From the sequence record PZ049713.1: a stretch of 59,621 nucleotides of DNA; one strand, written 5' to 3'. The stretch is from a phage. Each line of letters begins with the position of its first letter. Within the stretch, counting starts at the first letter, position 1. Positions 1 through 9,948 of the stretch are shown here, in pieces. The notes under the pieces are model-generated. The model was given only the letters and a program-made list of their open reading frames with translations. It was not told where the DNA came from and did no database searches. The translations under genes and the position numbers were made by a program.

Positions 1-100
1 ATTCCAATATAAGGCAACCATGCCCAAGCTATATGCGATGTGATAAAAGAAATATCCTGGGAACAGCACCGAATAGAAAGATGCCTGACGCGCTTCTCAT
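1..100 (-). pseudogene. Truncated 5' fragment of the Wzy-like gene (copy of 14986-15082) with 1-bp insertions
   Basis: Reverse complement of 14986-15082 with extra bases (aaggcaacc vs aaggaacc; cagcaccgaat vs cagcacgaat). Start codon cat at 98-100. Confidence 0.8.
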
Positions 101-242
101 ATACCCATCCTTGTAATAACAGCTAAAGAGTCGCTGCTCAGGAAGTCGTGGATTATGCCCGAATGGGGCGACTATCACCACCCGATTGAGACATTCGTTT
201 ACGTCCCGCCAGTCGGGTTTTTTTTCGTCTGAAGGATTACCC

Positions 243-720
243 ATGACCCTCTCTGAAATACGGAGCGCGCCATAGCGCCCGCTCTCGCGCTGCTGCCTGC
301 GCGAATGTCGAGCCGAGAGGCAGAGATCATGCTGCTTGCTATTACTCAGCAGGAAGATCCGGAACAGCGCGCCGCCAGTGGCCGACCGGGCCGGCCCGCG
401 GGCTGCTTCAGTTCGAGCAGGGCGGTGGTGTGCGTGGTGTGCTGAGCCACCCTTCGAGCCGCGACCACGCCCGTCGAGTGTGTGCTGCTCGAGGCGTTGC
501 GCCTGAGCCTGCCGCCGTGTGGGCTGCGCTCGAGCGTGACGACGTGCTGGCGTTCGCCTTCGGCCGGCTTTTGCTATGGACTGACCCGAAGCCTCTGCCA
601 GGCGAGCATGACGCTGCGGGCGGCTGGGATCTGTACCTGCGTACATGGCGCCCTGGAAAACCGCATCCGGATCGCTGGCCAGCCCGATTCGCCGCGGCCG
701 TGCGTGAGGTGATGCGATGA
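243..720 (+). pseudogene. Endolysin copy, frameshifted
   Basis: ATG at 243 gives MTLSEIR, then a G3->G2 deletion (acggagcgcg vs acgggagcgcg) causes an early stop. C-terminal 96 aa are preserved in ORF 430-720. Confidence 0.85.
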
Positions 721-1251
721 CCGCCTGGCTGAAGTTCGTGCCCAGCTGGGCCTGGTGGGTGCTGGCTCTGGCTGCCGTGGCCGGCGGGCAGCAGATCCGG
801 GGCGCTATCGGCGCAGTCTGACGCCGCGCAGGCGCAGGCCGATCTGGCCTCCTACCGCACCGAAGTCAGCGAGCGCGACCGCCGCGCTGCGCTGTTCGTC
901 ATTCAGGAAAACCAGCGGCGCCAGGCCGCGACGGAGAAAGCAGATGCAGAGGCACAGGAACAACTGGCTGCGGCGCGTAGCGATGCTGAGCGCGCTGGTA
1001 GTGCTCTTGAGCGGCTCAAGTTGCGCCTCGCAGCATCTGAGCAGCGCAGTCGTGACGCCGGCAATGCCATCACTGCCCAGCTCAGCCAGGCAGCCGAGGA
1101 CGCCGCCAGAGTGCGAGCCGACTTGTTCGGCCGGATTGGAACGGCTGCTCAACTCTATGCCGCTGTCGCCGATGACCGAGGAATAGCTGGGTCGGCGTGT
1201 GAGAAAGCTTATGACGCGGTGAGGGGAATCGAGATTGCCCGGACGGGCTGA
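717..1251 (+). pseudogene. Rz-like spanin copy, frameshifted
   Basis: Starts MTAWLKFVPSWAWW as in 13852-14367(-). An insertion near 800 breaks the frame. The C-terminal part reappears in ORF 1021-1251. Confidence 0.85.
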
Positions 1252-1412
1252 GATAGGGGGAACCTCGGGCAATTTTTGGGCAGGGTACGGTTTTTCGAGG
1301 GCCCGTGAGGGCATGCAGCCCAGTAAATACGGGAGCATACCCCGCCAAAACCCCCATTAGAACTGCATGGTGATGTTGGCGGTAGAAATCAAGAGGCTTT
1401 ATCTCGCGGGTT

Positions 1413-2602
1413 TCAGAGGCGTAGCGCTACGCTTGGGCACTTTCGGGCAAACTGCAATTTGCGCATCTCAGCCCAATCGCCTTCGCCGTCGATCCAGCGG
1501 GCATACCGAGACAGCAGAATCTGTATCGAATGGCCGAGCTGCTTGGCGATGAATGCCGGTGTCATTCCGGCCATCAGGCACATGGTTGCGTAGGTGTGGC
1601 GCGCATTGTACGGGGGCCGGTAGCGAATACCCAGCGCCTTTAGCGTCGGTCGCCACTGGTGATGCAGGTCGCTTGTCTGCTGCACGAACTGAGAGTTTTT
1701 GCTTGGCGGGAAGCAGAACGGAAAATCTGTCAGCCGCCCGCTGCCGGCCGCGCGCCGCTCGGCGTACTGCTTGGCGAACAGAAGGGCATGCACTGCCCGA
1801 TCATTCAGCAGCACAAACCTTTCCTTCTTGGTCTTCGTCCGCTCGACGACCTTCTTCTTTGCTACGGACCTGCAGACGTGGACCGTACGCCTCTTCAAAT
1901 CGACCTCTTCCCAGCGAAGGGCAGCGATCTCTCCTAACCGCATGCCGGTATAGAAAGCGAACTCGAAGAACGCAGCGTATATCTGGCTGGGCCAGCGCTC
2001 CGTTTCGTAGAGCCTGGCAATGATCCTGTCCGCCTCATCCTGCGTGAACGGGTCGACCTTCGCTTCCGTCCGCGTCGGTATGTCCAGCGCCTGAATTGGG
2101 TTCTCCGTCAGGAGCCTGTCCGAAACCGCCGACTCGAGAACGGCGTCAGCTTGTTCATGGCGTTCGCCTTCACGCCGTCCGAGGTCCATGGGATTTGAAC
2201 GACTAGCTCGCGCATGAAGGCGGTCGTCAGGTTGGGAAGGAGAGTTGTGGCCAGGTACGGCATCCACCAGACATTGAGCACTGACTTGTAGTTGTCGCGC
2301 GTGCCTTCCGAGATCGATCGGCTGTCGAGCCAGACCTGGGCGTACTGGCCGAACCCGCGCGAAACGCTCGATATGGCGTTCGGCGAGCCCGGAAGAGCTC
2401 GGCATACTTACGCTCGTCGAAGATGCCGTGCTTGATCTGCTGGACTACTTGATCGCGTAGACGGGATGCAGCGGCAATGCCCGCTTGCGTCGGGGAGGGC
2501 GAGGGTTTCTGAGCATCGCTTTCCGTTCCAGCTAAATCGGATGCGGATCGTATCGTTGCGTAGCTCAACTCCGGTGGGCAGTGCCATAGGCTTTCTTGCC
2601 AT
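1413..2602 (-). pseudogene. Tyrosine integrase copy, frameshifted
   Basis: ORF 2408-2602 carries the first 37 aa of the integrase and ORF 1413-2405 carries the catalytic C-terminal part. The intact gene is 12471-13652(+). Confidence 0.9.
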
Positions 2603-2790
2603 TCTTCGTACCTTGATCGGCTGTAGTAGATTCGTCCATTGATGCGATTCCAGACGCCCTCGGGAATCTGGTTCCGGCTTCGCCTGCCTTCTAGGGCTCG
2701 ATCGGTTGTGCCAAGTATCATGGCCATCTGCTGCTCAGTCACCTTGTCGGGGAACCACTCCGGCAGATTCTCTAGTTTCTCTGCGCCCAT
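2227..2790 (-). pseudogene. Excisionase-like copy whose 3' end is fused out of frame into the integrase frame
   Basis: First ~100 aa are identical to 12283-12630. The ORF then continues as integrase sequence (TQAGIAAASRLRDQVV), showing an indel. Confidence 0.7.
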
Positions 2791-2793
2791 CCC

Positions 2794-3510
2794 TCACCCC
2801 CTCACCGTTACGCTGGCTGCTTCGATAACTTCAGGCAGCGTGTTCAAGTCCGTCAGCGTGAAATAGCCTTCATCCCGCCAGCCGACAGTGTCGATGTGAA
2901 CGACGTTGCCGAGGATTGCTGGCGTGCGCAGCGGGGTATGGCCGACCACAAGCGCGAGCAGGTCCGGTATCCCGCTTGTGTCGACCATCTCGATTCGAGT
3001 GCGCGACCACATACAGCTGTTCTTGACCAGTTTCAGGCGCTTCGGTGATTCCGGCGCGGTCAGCTCGGCGACCGTCTGAGCCCATGTCGGAAATGGGCAG
3101 TCGGCGTGCACGATGCCAACTAGCCCTGCGTCCGTCTCCAGTTCAATGGCGATCGGCAGCTCACGGAACTGGACGGCGTACTCTGCCTGCTCGTCGCTGT
3201 TGAGCGACAGGAACCAGCCGCCGCCGTTGATGAGCCAGTTGCCCAGCTCGCAGCTGTCGTACCGGCACACGTAGTCGTCGTGGTTGCCGCGCACCGGGTG
3301 GAACCAGGGCTTTGCCAGCCACTCCAGCGCCATGTCACATTCAGGGCCGCGATCAACCAGATCGCCAACCGAGAACAGACGATCGACTGCCGGGTCAAAG
3401 CCGATCCCGTCGAGCGCCTGCTGCAGCTTCGTAAAGCATCCGTGAATGTCGCCCACGGCAAAGTCACGGCCCGCCGTGTTCTTGGCGAACCGCTTGATGA
3501 GTTCGGGCAT
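2794..3510 (-). CDS. Ser/Thr protein phosphatase (lambda PPase-like metallophosphoesterase), duplicate copy
   Basis: 238-aa translation identical to 11563-12279. Motifs GDIHG, GDLVDRG, GNHD. Confidence 0.85.
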   Translation of the reverse strand: MPELIKRFAKNTAGRDFAVGDIHGCFTKLQQALDGIGFDPAVDRLFSVGDLVDRGPECDMALEWLAKPWFHPVRGNHDDYVCRYDSCELGNWLINGGGWFLSLNSDEQAEYAVQFRELPIAIELETDAGLVGIVHADCPFPTWAQTVAELTAPESPKRLKLVKNSCMWSRTRIEMVDTSGIPDLLALVVGHTPLRTPAILGNVVHIDTVGWRDEGYFTLTDLNTLPEVIEAASVTVRG

Positions 3511-3535
3511 GCTCTATCTCCTGCTGCGTGTGGGG

Positions 3536-3748
3536 TTAGGCGAGCTGAGCCGGCGCCCATCCTTTGATCTTGTCGACGGCTATCGACTTGCGTGTTTGGG
3601 CGTCGTACCACATGAAGAAGCACTCATTTCCCATGAAGACTAATGAGGTTGTGGCTGCGCGCGTCCTGCCGTCTTTAAGGAAAAGCTGAATCGGCTTACC
3701 GGCAGGCGGCGGCTCGGTAACGGGTCGCATGAATGGAATTACAGGCAC
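3536..3748 (-). CDS. Hypothetical early protein, duplicate of 11326-11538
   Basis: Same translation as the right-arm copy from VPVIPFMRPV onward. Confidence 0.5.
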   Translation of the reverse strand: MPVIPFMRPVTEPPPAGKPIQLFLKDGRTRAATTSLVFMGNECFFMWYDAQTRKSIAVDKIKGWAPAQLA

Positions 3749-3807
3749 GAGCAAATCCTCCCCGCCGACTCTCGCCGGCAGACTGTGGGTTTGGGTGGGG
3801 TTAGGGG

Positions 3808-4476
3808 TCAGTACGGAATGCACTCTAAGCAGTTGCCGGTCCAGCCTTTCGCTCCACAGCCCGAGCAGACGTGTTCAGGCTCGGCCTCCTTCGCAGCCAT
3901 GGCGGCGCCATTCAGCTCCCCGACAACCTCGCACGCAATTGCGAATGCGTCATCGCCAAGCCGTGTTGCCCGCATGATTCTGTTCATGCCATCGATCAGT
4001 TGTTCGCGCTCGTCAATGACCGTCTTTACACGTAGCGGTATGTCGGCATATCCGTACCGAGTAAGCTCCGGCTCAGGCCCTCGGAGTGCCACTGCTGTCT
4101 TGCTCAGTAGGCCCGACAGCTTATCGCGCAGAGCGTCCAGCTCTGTCACTTCCTCCAGCAGCCTATCCCGCTCGGCGGTCACGGCTGATAGGGCGGTTAG
4201 CGGGACCAGCTGGCGAAGCTCATAGTCATCGCGACGCCGAAGTATTTCCAAGGTCCGCTCATCAGCGGATTGCCAACAGCTCGGGCCTTCGTCTGGGCAA
4301 ACGTATCGTTGCTGCCAAGCCACCACCTCGACCCCTTCCGCCTCTGCGGGCTGTTCAAGAATGGCGCGCAAATCTTCCGCCACCGAACCTTCAACGCAGC
4401 CACCACCTGGCGCGTGCACCTCAAGCCATGTCGCCGCGCTGTCCAACAGCTCCCGATCAACCAATACCTTGCTCAT
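3808..4476 (-). CDS. Hypothetical 222-aa early protein, duplicate of 10595-11263 (one V/I difference)
   Basis: The translation differs only at QQRYVCPDEG vs QQRYICPDEG. Confidence 0.75.
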   Translation of the reverse strand: MSKVLVDRELLDSAATWLEVHAPGGGCVEGSVAEDLRAILEQPAEAEGVEVVAWQQRYVCPDEGPSCWQSADERTLEILRRRDDYELRQLVPLTALSAVTAERDRLLEEVTELDALRDKLSGLLSKTAVALRGPEPELTRYGYADIPLRVKTVIDEREQLIDGMNRIMRATRLGDDAFAIACEVVGELNGAAMAAKEAEPEHVCSGCGAKGWTGNCLECIPY

Positions 4477-5124
4477 TCCACTGCCTCCAATGCCTTAGCC
4501 GGGTAAATCTGCACGCTGTTGCGATGGGCGCTGCTCTCGACTGCGTAGCCCTCTGGTGTCAGTTCCGTGGAGTAGGTGCCGCAGATATGGCCTTCCCACT
4601 CGCTGCCGGTGGACTTCTTCACGAGGTCGCCCATGCGGAACTTGCCTTGCGGGGCGGTCTGCGCGGAGCGGGTGAGTGACGCCGCGATGCGTTCGTGCTG
4701 GGCGACGGTCATATACTCCCCGTCGTCATCATCGGTCATATACGCCTCAACCTCAGAGGCGCGCCCGCAATGCGGCACGCTGGTCATCGGGCTGAACCGC
4801 TCCACCGCCTCCCGCTCATCCTGCGCCGGGCTGGCTCGTCGCCCTCCAGCTCTGCCGCTAGCTCGGGATTGCACACTGAGCAACCATCGCCAACCGTGCG
4901 CTCTCGCATCGTGCAGCGGCATTCCGACTCGGCCTGCTGGGATAGGGCGTCCTGATCCGTCCAGCCAGCGTGATCATGGAAAGGTGCAGGCCGCAGCCAT
5001 CGCCGTAGTGTTCGGCTTGGCAATCGACCACCTGCTGCGACGACCCGCGCATCGCTTCGTTCTCCGCCTTCGCAGCCCCCAGCTCAGCGCCGATTCGCCC
5101 GGCTACCTTCAGTGTGTCGTTCAT
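4473..5124 (-). pseudogene. Frameshifted copy of the DfrB-like fusion gene (9945-10598)
   Basis: The N-terminal part is in ORF 4858-5124 and the C-terminal DfrB-like part in ORF 4473-4922. C4->C3 change at gacgagccagccc(c)ggcgcagg. Confidence 0.85.
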
Positions 5125-5526
5125 TGCTCAATCTCCTTGATTGTGGCCAGCGGCAGCCCGCTCATTGCCAGCGGCTCGTCGTAGCAGACGCCCATCATCT
5201 CGGGCCATTTACGCGGCTCGCCCGGGTTTGATGGCGCCCTGGTATATGCCGGTCCCATGCCAGCCGATGCCGGATGACCTCGATACAAGTCCCACGCAAT
5301 GCCATCCTCGCGGCGCTTCGTGGCCTCCGGCATCAGTGTGCAGCCAGGCGCTGGATCTCGTGCCGCGTGGCGTGGACCTGCTCCCAGTCGCGCCGGTCGT
5401 AGAACCCGGCAGCCGCTCAATGGCGTGATCTGATCTGGCCGATCTTGATGCGTGCCAGTAGCTCACAGGCCTCTTGCAGCTCGGCGGCCTGGCGCTCGAG
5501 TTACGTGTGATGGTGTAGGTGCGCAT
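5121..5526 (-). pseudogene. Frameshifted copy of 9544-9948
   Basis: MRTYTIT start in ORF 5209-5526. The C-terminal ...PLATIKEIEQ sits in ORF 5121-5420 in another frame. Confidence 0.8.
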
Positions 5527-5834
5527 TGGCGCCTCCTCGGCGGCTCCGGTGGGCGGCAGCGGAAACAGGGCGCATGGCCGATCCGCTTCCGTCTGTGCGG
5601 CAGAAGATTGGTGCGTTCACAGCGGCAGCGACCTGCACCGCAAGGCATTCGGCCTCGCCGTGGGGTGATGCAAGCCGATTCACTCGATCGCGCCACTCGT
5701 CCATCGACTCCCTGTGTCAGGGTGGCGGCCCGGCTTGTGGCATTCGGGCTGGAGAGGGCAGGCGCTGCAGCTGCTGCGGGACTTGAAGTTGTAGTGCTGG
5801 CGGCAGAGGGCCTTGGCGGTGTCGGATAGCTGGG

Positions 5835-6077
5835 TCACGGAGCAGATCCTTCGTAGCGGCTCACGCGGCGCAATGCGCGGCTCGACGTCGATGAACCGGA
5901 GCCTCGGAAGTCGCCATCGGTAGCGCGGCGACTGTCCACCTCAAGGCGCGCCGTGGCGTTAACCTCGGCCGCGACCTCGGCTACAGCCTTCGCTTGTCTC
6001 AATCGAGTAGGCTGCCGGCCAGCACGCCCTCCATCGTCTTGCCGAGGCATGGCGCGCAGATCACTGAGGTTGTTCAT
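5835..6077 (-). pseudogene. Frameshifted copy of 8995-9234
   Basis: MNNLSDLRA start and the AKAVA.VAAEVNATARLEVD core are kept. The flanks are out of frame. Confidence 0.7.
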
Positions 6078-6709
6078 GGTGCTCTCCAGTTTGTCGAGCT
6101 TCCGCTCGAACCAGCCGAGCGTTATGGCTGCCTGGCGACCCTCGGGCGGATAGCGTTCGATTGAGTTGCGGCGCATGTCTTGTGCGGGTGACTAGCTCGA
6201 GGTTGTCGATTCCAGATGTTGGCGGGGTTGCGATCCTTGAAGACGAGGAAGTGCCCAGCCGGCACTGGGCCGCTGTGCCTTCCCACAACATCACGTGGAC
6301 CGGGCGCCAGTCAGTGCGCTTGTTGCCGGTGTCCGCCACCTTGCGGTAGAGGATGCCGCCCTTGTCGGTGCGCTCCGCTCCGATGGGGCGCCAGGTGTTC
6401 GATGGTCGGTGACCCAGCTTGAACTGCGTGTCCTTGGCCCGGCCTCCTGCCTGCCATCCTTTGCGGCCAGAGTTCCATGTCTGGTGGCCAGGCTTGAACC
6501 TGCCGCAGCCTGTGATTTCCTTGAACTCATCCGGTCGCGTTAGCTCCGAGTTTCGACACGCGATCGTGAATCGAGCCAGTGCCGCGCCCCATCAAGGCTG
6601 CTATCTCGGTGATGGGGCTTGGTGGCATAACAGTTCTGCCAGTGTTGCTGTCCTCTGCCGGCGTCCAGTGCCGGTATTCCGTGCGCCTCCTGCCGGCCAG
6701 TGGGCTCAT
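6061..6709 (-). pseudogene. Frameshifted copy of the HNH_3 endonuclease gene (8364-9011)
   Basis: The MSPLAGRRRTEYRHWTPAED start is embedded in ORF 6527-6877. The C-terminal ...HHEQPQ is in ORF 6061-6339. Confidence 0.8.
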
Positions 6710-6986
6710 TTCTTCCGTCTCCCGTGCGTTGTGGCTGTCCAGCCCGGCGCTGGCTACTTGGTTGCCGTGGTCAGCTATCAGGCTGTCGATCAGGGCGCCC
6801 ATGTAGGCGACTAGGCCAGTGACTGTTTCACCACGGGCCATCGCGCTGTGGGTGTGCTTCTCGCCGTTGGGCAGCACGAACCACGCGCTGGCGTTCCAGC
6901 TCGGAAGGGCGCCGAGGCTCAGTGCCGCGAACTACTGGCCGCGACACTCGGTTGTCGATTGAATAGAGCGTCACGATGCAGCTCAT
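6706..6986 (-). pseudogene. Disrupted copy of 8089-8367
   Basis: Start codon cat at 6984-6986. Only the C-terminal part (LPNGEKHTHSAMARGETV...) stays in frame, and it is fused to the HNH copy. Confidence 0.7.
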
Positions 6987-7138
6987 GGCTGGCACACCTC
7001 CAGCAGTGCCGCGTCGCTCAGATCACCAAGCGGCGCAGCGATGTATTGAGCAAGCGCGTAGACGCCCCACGGCTTGCCAGCGATTTCCGCCCGGTACGCC
7101 GCGTGACGGATGGCGTCGAGCACGTCGGGGAATCTCAT
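6983..7138 (-). CDS. Hypothetical 51-aa protein, duplicate of 7937-8092 (one T/A difference)
   Basis: MRFPDVLDAIRHAAYRAEIAGKPWGVYALAQYIAAPLGDLSDAALLEVCQP forms the tail of ORF 6983-8116. Confidence 0.6.
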   Translation of the reverse strand: MRFPDVLDAIRHAAYRAEIAGKPWGVYALAQYIAAPLGDLSDAALLEVCQP

Positions 7139-7426
7139 GGCCACTCCTGCCGCAGCACGTCGTTCTGCTTGGCCTGCGGAGTGCCGCGCTTGCGCAGAGG
7201 GAGGCTGTTCGATACGGCAGAGTTGCGGGCGCCACGCTTGCGGCTGCGCTGGTCCGCCTCCGCGTTTCCGGCGTTGTTGAAGACGGCAGGCTTGATCTCT
7301 ATCGGCTTGCCGATGCTGTCGGGCAGCAGCTGGATCTTTCCGCCAGCGCTCAGGAATGCAGCCGGGCCGCGTCATCTGCGCGCGCGGAGCCTCGCCCTGC
7401 GCGACGGCATGGTTGTCGATGAGCGT
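7135..7426 (-). pseudogene. Copy of 7647-7940 with lost start codon and a frameshift
   Basis: The ATG equivalent reads cgt (7424-7426). The translation TLIDNHAVAQGEAPRAQ then shifts frame. Confidence 0.75.
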
Positions 7427-7477
7427 GGGTGCGTACCGGGGAGGGGGCGGTGGCGCCGGGTGGATCAGATCAGCAGC

Positions 7478-7589
7478 AAGGGCAGCCGCAGCAACAGCGT
7501 CAAGGCCAGCCACAACGCAGCCAGCAGGCGGCGCCTCCAGCCTATGATGACGATGTGCCATTCGCCAACCCCTACTGCGGCGCCCGCTC
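7478..7589. other. Unique 112-bp loop (hinge) between the two palindrome arms; native 3' end of the SSB-like gene
   Basis: gatcagcagc (7468-7477) pairs with gctgctgatc (7590-7599). The sequence between them matches 58694-58805 in direct orientation. Confidence 0.9.
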
Positions 7590-7646
7590 GCTGCTGATCT
7601 GATCCACCCCGGGCGCCCAGCGCGCCCTCCTCCCCGGTACACACCC

Positions 7647-7940
7647 ATGCTCATAGACAACCATGCCATAGCGCAGGGCGAGGCTCTGCGCGCGCAAATT
7701 GACGCGGCCACGGCTGCATTCCTGAACGCTGGCGGAAAGATCCAGCTGCTGCCCGACAGCATCGGCAAGCCGATAGAGATCAAGCCTGCCGTCTTCAACA
7801 ACGCCGGAAACGCGGAGGCGGACCAGCGCAGCCGCAAGCGTGGCGCCCGCAACTCTGCCGTATCGAACAGCCTCCCTCTGCGCAAGCGCGGCACTCCGCA
7901 GGCCAAGCAGAACGACGTGCTGCGGCAGGAGTGGCCATGA
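7647..7940 (+). CDS. Hypothetical early protein (97 aa)
   Basis: ORF with an ATGA stop/start overlap to the next gene. Identical second copy at 58863-59156. Confidence 0.7.
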   Translation: MLIDNHAIAQGEALRAQIDAATAAFLNAGGKIQLLPDSIGKPIEIKPAVFNNAGNAEADQRSRKRGARNSAVSNSLPLRKRGTPQAKQNDVLRQEWP

Positions 7941-8092
7941 GATTCCCCGACGTGCTCGACGCCATCCGTCACGCGGCGTACCGGGCGGAAATCACTGGCA
8001 AGCCGTGGGGCGTCTACGCGCTTGCTCAATACATCGCTGCGCCGCTTGGTGATCTGAGCGACGCGGCACTGCTGGAGGTGTGCCAGCCATGA
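7937..8092 (+). CDS. Hypothetical small protein (51 aa)
   Basis: ATGA-type coupling overlaps at both ends (7937-7940 and 8089-8092). Confidence 0.6.
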   Translation: MRFPDVLDAIRHAAYRAEITGKPWGVYALAQYIAAPLGDLSDAALLEVCQP

Positions 8093-8367
8093 GCTGCATC
8101 GTGACGCTCTATTCAATCGACAACCGAGTGTCGCGGCCAGTAGTTCGCGGCACTGAGCCTCGGCGCCCTTCCGACTGGAACGCCAGCGCGTGGTTCGTGC
8201 TGCCCAACGGCGAGAAGCACACCCACAGCGCGATGGCCCGTGGTGAAACAGTCACTGGCCTAGTCGCCTACATGGGCGCCCTGATCGACAGCCTGATAGC
8301 TGACCACGGCAACCAAGTAGCCAGCGCCGGCTGGACGGCCACAACGCACGGGAGACGGAAGAAATGA
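8089..8367 (+). CDS. Hypothetical early protein (92 aa)
   Basis: The ATG at 8089 overlaps the upstream stop, and the stop overlaps the next start at 8364. Confidence 0.7.
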   Translation: MSCIVTLYSIDNRVSRPVVRGTEPRRPSDWNASAWFVLPNGEKHTHSAMARGETVTGLVAYMGALIDSLIADHGNQVASAGWTATTHGRRKK

Positions 8368-9011
8368 GCCCACTGGCCGGCAGGAGGCGCACGGAATACC
8401 GGCACTGGACGCCGGCAGAGGACGCAACACTGGCAGAACTGTATGCCACCAAGCCCATCACCGAGATAGCAGCCTTGATGGGGCGCGGCACTGGCTCGAT
8501 TCACAATCGCGTGTCGAAACTCGGACTGACGCGACCGGATGAGTTCAAGGAAATCACAGGCTGCGGCAGGTTCAAGCCTGGCCACCAGACATGGAACTCT
8601 GGCCGCAAAGGATGGCAGGCAGGAGGCCGGGCCAAGGACACGCAGTTCAAGCTGGGTCACCGACCATCGAACACCTGGCGCCCCATCGGAGCGGAGCGCA
8701 CCGACAAGGGCGGCATCCTCTACCGCAAGGTGGCGGACACCGGCAACAAGCGCACTGACTGGCGCCCGGTCCACGTGATGTTGTGGGAAGAGCACAGCGG
8801 CCCAGTGCCGGCTGGGCACTTCCTCGTCTTCAAGGATCGCAACCCCGCCAACATCTCAATCGACAACCTCGAGCTAGTCACCCGCGCAGAGAACATGCGC
8901 CGCAACTCAATCGAACGCTATCCGCCCGAGTATCGCCAGGCAGCCATAACGCTCGGCTGGTTCAAGCGGAAGCTCAACAAACTGGAGCAGCACCATGAAC
9001 AACCTCAGTGA
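8364..9011 (+). CDS. HNH_3-type homing endonuclease-like protein
   Basis: 215 aa. C-terminal ...NPANISIDNLELVTRAENMRRN is typical of HNH_3 phage endonucleases. N-terminal HTH-like ITEIAALMGRGTGSIHNRVSKLG. Confidence 0.75.
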   Translation: MSPLAGRRRTEYRHWTPAEDATLAELYATKPITEIAALMGRGTGSIHNRVSKLGLTRPDEFKEITGCGRFKPGHQTWNSGRKGWQAGGRAKDTQFKLGHRPSNTWRPIGAERTDKGGILYRKVADTGNKRTDWRPVHVMLWEEHSGPVPAGHFLVFKDRNPANISIDNLELVTRAENMRRNSIERYPPEYRQAAITLGWFKRKLNKLEQHHEQPQ

Positions 9012-9234
9012 TCTGCGCGCCATCCTCGGCAAGACGATGGAGGGCGTGCTGGCCGGCACCTACTCGATTGAACAAGCGAAGGCTGTAGCCCAGGTCGCGG
9101 CCGAAGTTAACGCCACGGCGCGCCTTGAGGTGGACATGGCCCGCGCTACCGATGGCGACTTCCGAGGCTCCGGTTTCATCGACGTCGAGCCGCGCATTGC
9201 GCCGCGTGAGCCGCTACGGAGGATTGCTCCGTGA
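8995..9234 (+). CDS. Hypothetical protein (79 aa)
   Basis: ORF within the co-oriented, tightly packed early operon. Confidence 0.6.
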   Translation: MNNLSDLRAILGKTMEGVLAGTYSIEQAKAVAQVAAEVNATARLEVDMARATDGDFRGSGFIDVEPRIAPREPLRRIAP

Positions 9235-9452
9235 CCGAGCTATCCGACACCGCCAAGGCCATCTGCGCCCAGCACTACAACTTCAAGTCCCGCAGCAGCT
9301 GCAACGCCTGCCCTCTCCAGCCCGAATGCCACAAGCCGGCCGCCACCCTGACACAGGAGTCGATGGACGAGTGGCGCGATCGAGTGAATCGGCTTGCATT
9401 ACCCCACGGCGAGGCCGAATGCCTTGCGGTGCAGGAGTCGCTGCCGCTGTGA
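9231..9452 (+). CDS. Hypothetical Cys-rich protein (73 aa, GTG start)
   Basis: The GTG overlaps the upstream stop. Contains CAQHYNFKSRSSCNACPLQPEC. Confidence 0.55.
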   Translation: MTELSDTAKAICAQHYNFKSRSSCNACPLQPECHKPAATLTQESMDEWRDRVNRLALPHGEAECLAVQESLPL

Positions 9453-9543
9453 ACGCACCAATCTTCTGCCGCACAGACGGAAAGCGGATCGGCCAATGCG
9501 CCTGTTTCCGCTGCCGCCCACCGGAGCCGCCCAAGGAGGCGCC

Positions 9544-9948
9544 ATGCGCACCTACACCATCACCGTAACCGAGCGCCAGGCCGCCGAGCTGCAAGAGGCC
9601 TGTGAGCTACTGGCACGCATCAAGATCGGCCAGATCGATCACGCCATTGAGCGGCTGCCGGGCTTCTACGACCGGCGCGACTGGGAGCAGGTCCACGCCA
9701 CGCGGCACGAGATCCAGCGCCTGGCTAACACACTGATGCCGGAGGCCACGAAGCGCCGCGAGGATGGCATTGCGTGGGACTTGTATCAGGTCATCCGGCA
9801 TCGGCTGGCATGGGACCGGGCATATGACCAGGGCGCCATCAAACCCGGCGAGCCGCGTAAATGGCCCGAGATGATGGGCGTCTGCTACGACGAGCCGCTG
9901 GCAATGAGCGGGCTGCCGCTGGCCACAATCAAGGAGATTGAGCAATGA
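9544..9948 (+). CDS. Hypothetical early protein (134 aa)
   Basis: ATG at 9544 is preceded by an aaggagg RBS. The stop overlaps the next start at 9945. Confidence 0.75.
   Translation: MRTYTITVTERQAAELQEACELLARIKIGQIDHAIERLPGFYDRRDWEQVHATRHEIQRLANTLMPEATKRREDGIAWDLYQVIRHRLAWDRAYDQGAIKPGEPRKWPEMMGVCYDEPLAMSGLPLATIKEIEQ

Larger units (their letters stand above)
1..7477 (-). repeat. Left arm of fold-back inverted duplication: reverse complement of 7590-15082 with scattered 1-bp indels and substitutions
   Basis: Position 1 onward reads as the reverse complement of ~15082 downward. Identical 238-aa ORFs at 2794-3510(-) and 11563-12279(+); near-identical 222-aa ORFs at 3808-4476(-) and 10595-11263(+). 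Most other genes are broken by frameshifts. Confidence 0.95.
7468..8388 (+). repeat. Direct repeat copy 1 (identical to 58684-59604)
   Basis: ORFs 7647-7940 and 8080-8367 have identical translations at 58863-59156 and 59296-59583. Confidence 0.95.

Noticed and set aside
1-7600. Hairpin-telomere (N15-type linear plasmid-prophage) explanation for the inverted duplication
   Set aside because: No protelomerase gene is present and a tyrosine integrase with xis and attP is. The turnaround lies inside a coding sequence with a 112-bp loop rather than at a telomere palindrome, and the genome also closes on itself as a direct repeat.
6848-8116. Long ORFs spanning the hinge (6848-7597 plus strand, 249 aa; 6983-8116 minus strand, 377 aa) that share the same N-terminal peptide MNRASRCSSWLAHLQQC...
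   Set aside because: They are antisense-frame read-throughs created by the palindrome: each reads the shadow frame of the small early genes and then crosses the junction. The same shadow ORF appears at 58652-59332. They are not genes.
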